From NCBI GenBank assembly GCA_020184695.1, contig JAANOX010000105.1, forward strand, positions 1 through 36,426: a stretch of DNA of 36,426 nt, in the 5' to 3' direction. The notes under the pieces are model-generated. The model saw nothing but the letters and a program-made list of their open reading frames with translations, was not told where the DNA came from and ran no database searches. Origin of the DNA: Histomonas meleagridis 2922-C6/04-290x. Lineage: Eukaryota > Protista > Parabasalia. The number at the start of each line of letters is the position of its first letter. Positions within the stretch are counted from its first letter, which is position 1. The position numbers and the translations under genes were made by a program. Of the stretch, positions 1-10,471 are shown in pieces.

Positions 1-4
1 ATAA

Positions 5-1160
5 ACATGTAAAGTTTGATATGTAAAAGCATTATATACTTAATATATATTATTTTTGTTCAAAGTTTACTATTACGATGATTTTGGTTAAAACTCTTGT
101 ATGTCCTCAATGTCCCGGATGTCCTGGATAGTCCTGGGACGTAGAACTCTCTTAAAATTTACCCGCAACACGCAACTGCGCAACAATTTTGCCAACAACA
201 ATAATAATATTGCGTTGTTTTTTGCTAACAATTTCTGTAATAGTACCCCTTTATAAAGGACATGGTCGGACAATAATATATTTATTATTTTTAATCTGTC
301 AGAATTTACATCTCTAACAGTTATATTTTCAACAGTTATATATTAACAGTTATCTGTCAGAATTTACATCTCTAACAGTTATATTTTCAACAGTTATATA
401 TTAACAGTTATCTGTCAGAATTTATATGTCAACAGTTATATTTTCAACAGTTATATTTTGACAGTTATATGTCAACAGTTATATGTCAACAACATATGTC
501 AACAGTTATATATTAACAGTTATCTGTCAGAATTTACATCTCTAACAGTTATATTTTCAACAGTTATATATTAACAGTTATCTGTCAGAATTTATATGTC
601 AACAGTTATATTTTCAACAGTTATATGTCAACAGTTATATTTTCAACAGTTATATTTTCAACAGTTATATTTTCAACAGTTATATTTTCAACAGTTATAT
701 GTCAACAACATATGTCAACAGTTATATATTAACAGTTATCTGTCAGAATTTACATCTCTAACAGTTATATTTTCAACAGTTATATATTAACAGTTATCTG
801 TCAGAATTTATATGTCAACAGTTATATTTTCAACAGTTATATTTTAACAGTTATATGTCAACAACATATGTCAACAACATATGTCAACAGTTTATATTTC
901 TAACGATAATATATATATTATTATGTCTGTCTACGTCCCTTATAAAGGGGTATAATTATAGAAATTTTTAAAAAAGCATATTACAACATCATTGTTGCGT
1001 AATTGCGTAAATTGTCGTGTTGCGGGTAATTTTTATATCAATGTCACCGTCTCAGAACTATCCAGGACATCGTGGACATCGTGGACATACTATAAAATCA
1101 ACTATTTTCATCGTATTTTTTGAAAACATCTAAAAACACATATTTTATATAATCACATGT
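5..1160. mobile_element. Foldback-like composite element: diverged inverted arms (about 5-285 and 905-1160) around a tandem array
   Basis: Blocks of the left arm recur reverse-complemented in the right arm: ATGTCCTGGATAGT / ACTATCCAGGACAT, TTACCCGCAACACG / CGTGTTGCGGGTAA, TACCCCTTTATAA / TTATAAAGGGGTA, TACGATGA / TCATCGTA. Identity between blocks is patchy. The left arm may be cut by the window edge. Confidence 0.6.
295..897. repeat. Higher-order minisatellite of 13-15 bp and 28-29 bp variants on an AACAGTTATA core
   Basis: Monomers AACAGTTATATTTTC, AACAGTTATATATT, AACAGTTATATGTC, AACAACATATGTC and AACAGTTATCTGTCAGAATTTA(CATCTCT/TATGTC). A 58-bp three-monomer unit repeats, e.g. at 295 and 353. 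About 30 CAGTTA copies counted. Confidence 0.95.
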
Positions 1161-1689
1161 TAGGACATATAACTGTTTGGATATTTTATATTAAAGAACT
1201 TTTTTTTCAATAATTAAACTGGCCCATGGCCACACACCGGAGCGAAGCGGAGTGCAGGGTGAAACGAAGTGGAGTCCCTGCTGTGTGTGTGTATGTCACA
1301 TATGAATTCGTCTACACAACGGGATACCCTGTTTTGCAGCCTGTTTGTAGACCTTTCAATTTTGGGTATTTAATTTTGTCTTCGGGGTACTTTGTTTCGC
1401 ACGCGCCACTTTTTTGATACTTTGTTCTGAGATCGAGAGATTTACTATTGCATTAGAAATAATCGGTTCTGTAGACGGTTCGTAAACTTATCAATTCCGG
1501 ATATTTTGTTATGCTAATTTTATAAATACAATTGCAACGAGATGTACCATTTGTAAAGTATTAATTCTTTATTAAATGTATCCTATTCAACGGATATCTT
1601 ATAACGATAACATCGAGGGGCACTGAGGCGAAGCAGTAAGAGGGGCCTGTAGATGTTCTGTGTGTGTGTCTATGAGGATATGATTACCA

Positions 1690-2247
1690 GTTATACTTCA
1701 TTAAATTTGATGATATATACTTCAATAATTTATTATTGTCATTACTATTATTAATATGGTGTTTATTCAATATTCTTGTTAACTCTTCATTTATTTCTTT
1801 AAAATTACTTATTAATATACTTAAATATATTGTTATATTTTGAAACACGTCTCATATATTTATTTAAATGATCTGATATATATGTATCTTTTATAGCTAC
1901 AAGTTTACTTTTTTTAAATTAATATTTTAAAATTATTTACTGTTTCATCAAATTTATTACTGGTAGAACATATACCAATTAATTCAAAAAATTGTCCATT
2001 AAATAAAACTTCTTGATATGCAGATTATTTTATATAAGTATATGATTTACCTGATCCCATAGGAGATATAAAAGCACATATACCATTTTGAGCTAAAGGG
2101 TATTTATGATGAATAGGTTTAATTAAAACATTATTTGATATATCCTTGTCTAATTCACTTATTTTATTAATATTTTCATCAATCTTCTTAAATTTACTAT
2201 CTATATTTTTAATAAATACTTTTAAATAAAAATAAAATATGAAACAT
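1690..2247 (-). pseudogene. Maverick packaging ATPase (A32/FtsK-like), N-terminal part
   Basis: Manual translation ...HKYPLAQNGICAFISPMGSGKSYTYIK*SAYQEVLF...LIGICSTSNKFDETV. Walker A SPMGSGKS at 2043-2066. In-frame stop and frameshifts. Confidence 0.7.
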
Positions 2248-2249
2248 TA

Positions 2250-2981
2250 TAATATATTTTTATTCTTATCTGACATACCATTATTACTTATAGTCATATA
2301 CATTGGATTTAATAAATGTATATCATGTAAGTTAGCTATACTAATGTTAATTCTAAATGAGATAAATCATTTATATTCATTTCTACTATAAAATCTGCAT
2401 TATTTACTATTATAGGATAATTATCACTAAAGCTATTATTTACTCTTAATATTAGTTTTGATATATTGAGATTATTATTTGAATTTATATAACTACTTTT
2501 TCCTAAGTTTGATATTATATAATATCGGTGTTAAAAGATAATTTTCTGCTGAAATTTTATATTTATTATTTTCATTATAACTAGCAGGTAATGGTAGTAT
2601 TTGATCATATAAACCTGATAATTGTAATATATTATAACTACAACTATTAATAATAATAAATTGATTATCACTGGTAAATATCAGTTTTTCACATTCATCT
2701 ATTTCAAAAGTAATTTCTGTTTCAATTATTAATTCATTTTATAATATTATAAATGATTCACTATTATTATTATTAGTATATTGCTTATTAAAAGTATATA
2801 TTTTATTATTAATTTGTATATAATCATTTTTTTCAATGACAACTATAAAACATTTAGAAGTTAATGATGTTATTATCATTTTAGATTTTCTAGTAGGTGG
2901 ACCAGGGAGATTTACATCAATTCTATTATAATGTTCATAATCATATGATGATATAGTATAATCAATTACATCGTTTAGCAT
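2250..2981 (-). pseudogene. Maverick minor capsid (penton)-like protein, disrupted
   Basis: ORF 2739-2981 continues after a frameshift as ...LLTPILYIISNLGKSS...LILRVNNSFSDNYPIIVNNADF...NDLSHLELTLV*ANLHDIHLLNPMYMTI, a beta-rich pattern like Polinton single jelly-roll proteins. It lies adjacent to and co-oriented with the ATPase. Confidence 0.45.
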
Positions 2982-3060
2982 TCTATATAATGTTAAAATA
3001 TACTATCTTTGATTTTTTTTAAATAAAATTCATGAATTTTATTTTTTTTTTTTATTTTTA

Positions 3061-3264
3061 ATGAATATAATGCCAAAGAGATTAGATATTAAAACAATTC
3101 AAAATCTATATAATAAATATGGATATACTCTACCAGATAATTTTGAACATATAAATACTACTATCAAATATAAAGTATTTGATGAAAGAAATAATGAGTA
3201 TACTAAATTATCCTATAATCAGCTACAATATAAAATCAAGATAAATTTATCAGAATATGATTAA
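3061..3264 (+). pseudogene. Maverick ORF fragment, probably the extreme N-terminus of protein-primed PolB
   Basis: MPKRLDIKTIQNLYNKYGYTLPDNF...YNQLQYKIK resembles trichomonad Maverick pPolB N-termini as I recall them. No catalytic motifs are present. Confidence 0.4.
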
Positions 3265-4860
3265 TTTGATGATTATTATGATATCGCTTCATCAGATGAA
3301 GAATTTGCAGAGAAACCTGTTGGAAAAAATAAATCTATTAATAATATTACCAAAGATTCAATGAATAAATTATTATTACAGAAAGATTTTACTTATTATA
3401 ATGTTGACAATAATAACTATATATTATATGCTTCAATGTATGCTATTAAACATTTAAATTTGGAATCTGGCATCATATCAACTATTTTATCAATACTTAT
3501 TTCTACTTTATCTTACTTTCCTCTAAATTCATTCATAGCACTCGGTATTTTATTAATGATTTCACTTCCTTTTTTAATACAAAGTGATATTTTACCAAAA
3601 ATTTTACTACCTTTATCAATCACTTTTCTAACTAGACGACCTCTTCCTTGAATTCCTCCAAATATCTTTCCTAAACCCATTTTAATAGTAATAAAACTAT
3701 GGATAAAGAATATAATGATATTATATATGAAACACATTTCAAAACCTATTCTTATGTATAACGTCATATTGAGAAAGCTATACCTAATACAAGTAATAAG
3801 AAAATAAAAGAAGTTATTAAACGTCGTGTAAAAGATAAATTTATTAATAATAAGACTTTGAAAAAATATTATTTAAAGATCTTTTCTAACAGCGCTAATA
3901 CATGGTTTCATGATCTTTATGGAAATACTCAAGGAAAAGACCCACGTTATCGGCATATCTTAATAGAAACTAATAATAGATACGCTGTTGCATATCCTTT
4001 ACAAAATAAGACTGCTAAAGAGATTAATGTTTCATTAAAACAATTTATCAATAAATATCATCCTATTAAATTAATATCTGATGAAGAATTTGGTTTTGTA
4101 GGAAAAAAATAATATGAAATTATTAAATGATAATAATGTTAATGTCCATATCATTACTGATAAAAACCATAATAGTTTAGGTAGAATAAATAGATTTATG
4201 AGAACTTTACGTGATATGAATACTCCTACTGAAAGAGTAAACATGAATCTTTTGATGATAAGTATACTTATATAACATATAAAAGAATGAATAAATTTAT
4301 CAATATTTATAACAATAGTTATCATACTTCTATATAATTGACTCCGAAAGAAATGTTTGAAAATCCTAAATTAGAAAATAAATATATATTCCAAATCATT
4401 AAAAGCTAAAGAAGTACAGATGAAAATTAAAAGATTTAATACTTCCAATAGGTTCTTTTGTTAGATATATATTATCACGAGATGATATATTTAATAAAAA
4501 AGATATCGTATTAGTAGAGAAGCATTAAAAATCGATTCACGTAGAGGACATATGCATACACTAATTGCTAGAAATGGTAATGTAATAATTAAATATCAAT
4601 TTCAATTAATTTTCGTGAGATCATCTCTTCCTGATTATATTATATGGGCTTCTGCTATTCCAGGAAAATGGAATGGAGTTATAACTAAGATATTAGATTT
4701 CGATAAAACCAGAAACCGTTATAAAGTTCTTTTTAAAGTTCCTTCAGGAGAACCTTTTATTGATTACATTCCTTTATCATACTTAAGGGCAAATCGACCT
4801 GGAGAAATGAGTAATCTTGAAAAAAATATTTTGGTGATAAATAGATTTGATTATAATTAG
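3265..4860 (+). pseudogene. Maverick retroviral-like (c-)integrase, disrupted
   Basis: Joined frames give KYYLKIFS...WFHDLY...TNNRYAVAYPL...KLISDEEFGF...HNSLGRINRFMRTLRDMNTP, the rve core with the first two acidic residues (the third position reads N). C-terminus IPGKWNGVI...YKVLFKVP...FIDYIPLSYLR. Several frameshifts and a foreign insert at about 3466-3760. Confidence 0.75.
3466..3690 (-). pseudogene. Inverted fragment of a small basic Maverick-type ORF inside the integrase
   Basis: Minus strand reads MGLGKIFGGIQGRGRLVRKVIDKGSKIFGKIS...IINKIPSAMNEFRGK*DKVEISIDKIVDMMPDS. It is a Gly/Lys/Arg-rich amphipathic sequence unrelated to the flanking integrase. Confidence 0.35.
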
Positions 4861-4939
4861 TTGTTTGATAATTAATTATTTGATGATTCGTTGTTTGATA
4901 ATTGGTTGTTTGATAAATTGACTCTATTGTAATGACTTC

Positions 4940-5670
4940 TTTATTATACTTACTTCTTTATAATGACTTTGATTGATGAAGACGGAAGAGAGCAATATTT
5001 ACATGCAAATAAAAATACAGTCAACTTTTTACGTGCAGGATTGAATAATGATGGAATAATTGGATATACGAATGATGTAGTATTTGAACATATGTCATTT
5101 ATTATAACCATTAATATTGAATTTAAATATTTCAATAAAGGAAAGAGAATAAATTCAGGGTATATTCCGTACATCAACAAATCAGATATTGATTATAGAA
5201 GATTTGGAGTGTTCACAGATATTGATGATAGTAATATAAATGAAACATGTTTAATACAAGCATTTGAGAAGTATTGAAAGATGATGAATTAAAAATACTG
5301 AAGATTTTTATTCATACGCGAACTGTTCCAAGAAGTGAGTTAAAAAGAATTTCTGATTTATTGAAAATAAAAATTGAAGTCAAAATATTTTATCCGGAAA
5401 CTAAATATACACGTGTAAAGGAGAAAATTACAACAGAGAAATTGAATTAATAATTATAGAAGATCATTATATGTGAAATTCTAAAGTTGATATATCGGAA
5501 TGCTATATAAATGATTACGATAAAATAAATTCTGATTAAATATTCAAAAATCATAACAGAAAAATGATGTTATTGAAATTTGATGATAAAAGATATATAT
5601 TTTCTGAAAAATCACTTGGAATCAGAAGTCTAATATATTTAATGATACAACATAAACTTTTAGTACCAAT
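4940..5670 (+). pseudogene. Maverick pPolB N-terminal region fragment
   Basis: TLIDEDGREQYLHANK...SGYIPYINKSDIDYRRFG...NETCLIQAF, then after frameshifts FIHTRTVPRSELKRISDLLKIKI...IEDHYM...KRYIFSEKSLGIRSLIYLMIQHKLLVP. This resembles the region upstream of the catalytic domain in trichomonad Maverick polymerases. Exonuclease and polymerase motifs are absent. Confidence 0.5.
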
Positions 5671-5770
5671 AAAATATGTCAGTTCCAAATTCTGTGTGGG
5701 GTTCTTCCATTTTATATAGTTTACAACGGTTATTGTTTATTGAAAAAACCGTTGTTCCAACCAAATCGAA

Positions 5771-6727
5771 TTGTCACAGCAATTTTTGTGTTCAAACTCT
5801 ATTTATAGATCAACAATTCTTTCGTATACTGTTACATTTGGTCTCTTTTTTGTTGGGTTTCTTTTTAGTTATTCCCAGAATTCTCAAATAAATATTGAAT
5901 TTCCAATATTGTCAATAATTGGTAAACAATTTTTAACACTTTTCACTATCCCTCCCCCACGCTTTACAGATTATAGTTTAAAACTTCACATGTATGCAAT
6001 CAATTCCTGGACACGTCCTGATGTTCAAGTCGTTGTTTTTTCTGGTGAGTTAAATGGCACAATCAAAAAACTATACTCACCCAATATAATTTTACATGAC
6101 GAACCCCTTAAAACAGGCTATAAAGGGAATCCACTTATTAGAGATTGGTTTGTTCAAGGAGTTAAACTTGCAACAACTGAATATGTTGGCTTTATTAACT
6201 CTGATATTGTTTTAACTAGTCGTTGGTATAATGTTTCTAAAAATCTTATCAAACAATTCCAACACGATACGTTTCTCCTCATCAATCGAGTTGATATTAA
6301 CTATAGAAACGAATCCCTTTTTGAAATTCCTTATGATAAAGTCGAACAAGAGTTCATGCGCGTAAAACATGGTACTCATTGGGGCGGAGACGTTTTTATT
6401 TTTGCAAAAGAGCAAACTCAATTTAATGTTTCTCGAATTCCTGATTTTGTAATAGGTTATTGTAATTGGGACAATTTTCTTTATGCACACATGGGACAAT
6501 TAGATTATGCAATAAATTATCAAGTAAATCCACCTGTTTTCCATTTGCAACATGGTCGGAATAAATGCAATCCAGAATCTACAAGTCATGATAAAGAAGC
6601 TTTAAAAAGATTTGGATTTACTGATATTAGAGCTAATTTCAAATGGGTAAAATGGAGGCTAGATATTGATAAGGGAATTATTTACAATAGGTATGATAGA
6701 TCAAAAACAATTCAAATTCACAAATAA
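5771..6727 (+). CDS. GT-A fold glycosyltransferase-like type II membrane protein (start uncertain)
   Basis: 318-codon open frame with an N-terminal hydrophobic anchor, EYVGFINSDIVL (DxD-like), GGDVFIF and IPDFVIGYCNWDNFL. There is no ATG at the 5' end of the frame; the ATG at 5676 is in another frame, so a frameshift or truncation is likely. Confidence 0.6.
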   Translation: MSQQFLCSNSIYRSTILSYTVTFGLFFVGFLFSYSQNSQINIEFPILSIIGKQFLTLFTIPPPRFTDYSLKLHMYAINSWTRPDVQVVVFSGELNGTIKKLYSPNIILHDEPLKTGYKGNPLIRDWFVQGVKLATTEYVGFINSDIVLTSRWYNVSKNLIKQFQHDTFLLINRVDINYRNESLFEIPYDKVEQEFMRVKHGTHWGGDVFIFAKEQTQFNVSRIPDFVIGYCNWDNFLYAHMGQLDYAINYQVNPPVFHLQHGRNKCNPESTSHDKEALKRFGFTDIRANFKWVKWRLDIDKGIIYNRYDRSKTIQIHK

Positions 6728-7301
6728 AAAAAAATTTGTTTGGCTAGCATAAAGAAAAATAAAATTTAAATCACTTTTATTAGAATTGATGCATTAGTTA
6801 TCTTTTCAATAAAGCCTAACAGATTTCCTCAATAATTTTTTGCTATTCTTAAATTTTAATCAGCTTTATTTTTATAAGCAAGTGCTTCTCATTCTATTAT
6901 TCACTTTTTGAATAAAAAGTGTATACAACGATAGGTTTTCAAAGAATTAATAAGTCTACAAAAAATGCCATTTTAACGTTTTCGGGGACAGGTCCAGTGT
7001 TAATGATGTAAATAATGCGGTTTTCCGATGAATAGGAACAAATCCAGTGGCTCTATTTGTACGCTTGGTGCACATGAATATGTACATCTTAAGCCAAAAC
7101 ACAAGTTCAAATTAAAATTCGTGGAAATCGAAAAAGTAGAATTAATTTTGTTTACATGCAAATTTAACAATATGGTTTTGAAAATCTATTTTATGTTTCT
7201 TGCTTGATTTTAATAAGCGGTCTCCCTATAACACATGTAATGTGCGTTCTAACACCAACACTGAAATTTAAAACCAGCAACTAAAATTAAATCTTGTAAA
7301 A

Positions 7302-7785
7302 TTGTTAGCCAAAAAAGCAGAACAAGCAGAAGAAGACGCTAAAAAAGAAGCTGCTGAACACAATCATCAAGTAATAATTGAAGAGGAAGATGATGATGGT
7401 GAATTTGATGATTCTCAATGTCATAATATTTTGGTTACTAAATGTTTATTTTGTGGCCAGACATTTGAAAACAAATACATTGCTCTTGAACATTTGAGTT
7501 TGCATGGATTTAGGTTTCCATATCTATAAAAATTTAAAGACAGAAAAAGGTTTATTGAACACCTTGTCGAGAAAGTTATTGTTGATAATTGTTGTGTATG
7601 TTGTTCTTGTCAATACAAGAAACTTTCTTCCATTGCGTGATCACGCAATTTCTTTTGAGGAAGAATTAGCAGATTATTACTCACTGGGAACTTGTGTTTG
7701 TGAGTACAACCACTGCATTGATGAAAATGATGAAATGCGCTTATGTCCGATGAATGAAATAAAATCGCTGTCTTTATCATCGTAA
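7302..7785 (+). pseudogene. ZNF622/Rei1-like C2H2 zinc-finger protein, C-terminal fragment (copy 1)
   Basis: CLFCGQTFENKYIALEHLSLHGFRFPYL then (frameshift) KFKDRKRFIEHLVEKV...CCVCC. This matches the CLFC...LEHM...HGF.IP...YL.EKV pattern of the Rei1/Reh1/ZNF622 family. Frameshifted, no N-terminus. Confidence 0.7.
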
Positions 7786-7989
7786 CCGTCAATTTTCGAA
7801 TAATTTGCCACCAGGTTTGAACAATTGGCAAATATAAACGGTACAAATAACATCGCATCGAGTGGAAGTTTATGAGTTTCCTTGACGAGGTGCAGCGCAC
7901 TGTGCGCATAAATATCAGTAAAAACTCTTAAAATTTTGTTTTTGGATTTGTTTATTAAATCCAAAGGTAATGAATTACCTTATTCTTCT

Positions 7990-8583
7990 TTAGAAGCGAA
8001 ACAGCGACGTCAACAATGAATTGTAGCGATAACGGCACTGTGTGTCCGACGCGTTGCCTATTTCCCGAGCAATTTGCGCCCATTTGTTACCATAGGTACT
8101 ATGCAACTTGGCAAGCTTTATGTCATCGTTCAGTGTCCACACCCTGTTTCGTATGCCTGGGTAAAGAACCCTTTGCCATCTTTGTTGGCATTGCGAACAA
8201 TCTCTTCCGTTCCCGACAAATGTGGCGATCAGGCTCCATTGTGTACCGTACAAGTAAATGCCGCATAGCAAGCGATTGTCTTCGGCATACTTCCAGTGAC
8301 GTGTAACTTGTCGACCTTGAGAGTTACACTTGAAGATGTCGCCTTCAACTGGAAGTGGTGGCTGGTTTCTGCAACTTAAGATCTCGTTGAGGCGACTGAG
8401 AGCTAAGCTGCCCATTGGTAACAAATTGATGTAGTTTATTGCTGCTTCTGTGTTTTCCTGTTGCTGTATGATAGTTGTCAAGCAGCTGCTTATGTAATTT
8501 ATGATTTGATCTGGATATTTGTTACCACCAAGAATGATTTCAAGACAGAAGTTGACGAGATGCGCGTGGTTCGCAGCAGTCAT
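7990..8583 (-). CDS. R2R3 Myb-like DNA-binding protein, 197 aa
   Basis: Two Myb repeats: WKYAEDNRLL...WSLIATFVGNGRDCSQCQQRW and WTLNDDIKLAKLHSTYGNKWAQIAREIGNASDTQCRYRY. First in-frame ATG is at 8583 (MTAANH), matching the paralog start and preceded by an Inr. Confidence 0.9.
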   Translation of the reverse strand: MTAANHAHLVNFCLEIILGGNKYPDQIINYISSCLTTIIQQQENTEAAINYINLLPMGSLALSRLNEILSCRNQPPLPVEGDIFKCNSQGRQVTRHWKYAEDNRLLCGIYLYGTQWSLIATFVGNGRDCSQCQQRWQRVLYPGIRNRVWTLNDDIKLAKLHSTYGNKWAQIAREIGNASDTQCRYRYNSLLTSLFRF

Positions 8584-8593
8584 GCTTATTAGA

Positions 8594-8604
8594 TAATGAG
8601 GTGA
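8594..8604 (-). promoter_or_regulatory. Trichomonad-type Initiator (Inr) of Myb copy A
   Basis: TCACCTCATTA 10 nt upstream of the ATG, similar to the T. vaginalis Inr consensus TCAYTWYTCATTA. Conserved in position in the paralog. Confidence 0.55.
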
Positions 8605-9755
8605 TGATGGCCATGCAGCCAAGTTTGATACAATTTTTCTTAAAGGGTAAAAAAGCTTCCGATAACTTTTTGATAATGTAAAAATAATACCTGTTAAAAT
8701 TCCAACTTTTGTTTGAAATTTGCGGTTGACGTATTTCGTTACAATTTTTTTGTGACCATAAATTCCAGAACATACATTTAAAAATTCTGTGCTTTTTTCT
8801 GGAAAGTGGTCGGTGGAACATCGCTTCCATAAATGTTCACACGACAGAACTATGATCCACTTAGACGGTGGCTTCGCGTGTGTTGGGAAACAAAGGGTGC
8901 AGTGATGATACAATTGGTAAAGGAAGATGAAATTCGTGTTGATTACAAAATATTTGGATATCAATAAATATGATCAAAAGAACATTTGAATGGTCTTTTG
9001 GGTTCGACAAAGGGTTAGTGTTTGATAAATGGCCAACATCACAACAAAAATTTGAATTTTGAAATATTTCAACCAAGATGAAAATGGATAAAGAATGTTG
9101 AAAGACAAAGCACCATAAAACCCACAACGATGAAGGAAATATGGAGATTGGAGGGATCCAAGATAATACTTGATATATTGGATCAATTGATATTGTCATA
9201 ATATTGAAAAATGGATTTGTAACATGTAACGACTTGGTTACTTGGTGTAATTGTTGGATATTATTATCAGTTAGAATATCTCTAATAACATTTAAAATTT
9301 TGATTGTTATTACAAAATCTGGTTGGTTACACAAGTGAAAAAAAGAGATGATTAATAGCATCATGAAATAGAATATGATTCATATTTTTGTTCCTCTTCT
9401 TTGGAGAGCATAATTTTTAATTCTGATCATTACTCGCATTTGGACGATAAAAAACCACTCAATTTTACGTTGGATATTAATGGACGAATATGTGGTTAGC
9501 TCGAACAAAAGTAAATTGAAATTGCGCTTCTTATCAAAATGTGGTTTTGCGGTGTTTGAAACTTTTCGTACGGAAATTAACGCTCAAGAGTTTCGCCTTT
9601 CTGTATTAAAAAAAACAAAAAATCTTCAAGCACCATGGATCATTAATTGAGTTTTGCAAATATGAGAAAATATTAAACCAAATAATCTGATTTTACGTCA
9701 TTGATTCGTCTAAACAGTTTTTCGTTTATTTTTTTTTAATAATTTACATATATAA

Positions 9756-10471
9756 CTCATATGGTATGATCGAAAGAATGGCTCTGATCACGTTGTTGAC
9801 ACATTTTTCGAAACTTGTTACGGTAATAATGCTCGTCATCAGTATGTTTATCATCACAACTTTATCATCGTTCGTCCAAATCCTCAATCTCATAATTCTG
9901 GTACGACATGGAATGGCCACTGTATTGTCATTCCATTCGTTTCATATTTTCGAGATTATCATCCAGACAAAATCAATTGGACTCGCAAACGAAATTACAT
10001 TGCTTTTATTGCACAGACTTATGGTGTTGCCAGTAAAACAAGTAAAGCCGTTCGTCAAAAGGCAACTTCTCTTATACAAAACATGACGCGCGGTAAAGTA
10101 TTACTTTTTCGTAGAAGTAAATCATCCATCATAGATACTGTTAAATTACTTCCACAATATTATATGAGTTCAGACTTTGTGTTTGCCCAAGAGGTGACCT
10201 TATTCTTCAAAAAAAAAAGAGTTTTCGATACAACTTATTTCGGGTGTATTCCTGTTTTGATTTCAGATCCAATGACAATGCCATTTGAATTACTCAAAAT
10301 TCTCTGTGTGAATTCCAGAAAATGAATACATTCAGATTTAGATATCATGGAAATGAGCCTCCAAAAGTGGGTGAGGCTTTTTGGGCATTTTCATGGATGC
10401 TATACATCAGACGTTTATATCAAGAACAATATCATGATACATATTTATGTCCTTCCAAAAATAGTGAATAA
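9756..10471 (+). pseudogene. Exostosin-family (GT47) glycosyltransferase, 5'-truncated and frameshifted
   Basis: Open frame 9756-10325 reads WYDRKNGSDHV...CIVIPF...GCIPVLISDPMTMPFE (RxxGxDH and GCIPV motifs). After a frameshift FRFRYHGNEPPKVGEAFWAFSWMLYIR, stop at 10469-10471. Confidence 0.75.

Larger units (their letters stand above)
1690..5670. mobile_element. Decayed, rearranged Maverick/Polinton element
   Basis: Co-located remnants of a Walker-A packaging ATPase, a minor-capsid-like ORF, a retroviral-type integrase and pPolB N-terminal segments. All carry stops or frameshifts. This gene set is the established Maverick core. Confidence 0.8.
7128..9690 (+). repeat. Segmental duplication, copy A (inverted relative to copy B)
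   Basis: Shared anchors with 17330-20110 in reverse complement, e.g. ACCCACAACGATGAAGGAAATATGGAGATTGGAG, GAAGAGGAACAAAAATATGAATCATATTCTA, GTTAAATTTGCATGTAAAC and GAAAATATT(A/C)AACCAAA. Gene order is colinear. Confidence 0.9.

Noticed and set aside
596-790. 64-aa ORF with QQLYF repeats
   Set aside because: Simply a translation of the 15-bp minisatellite.
295-897. CRISPR array
   Set aside because: No unique spacers; everything between cores is recycled monomer variants, and the context is eukaryotic.
8780-9420. Possible sulfotransferase-like remnant (FFWKVVGGTSL) upstream of the Myb genes
   Set aside because: Motif is weak, not clearly retained in copy B, and frames are too broken to assign a family.
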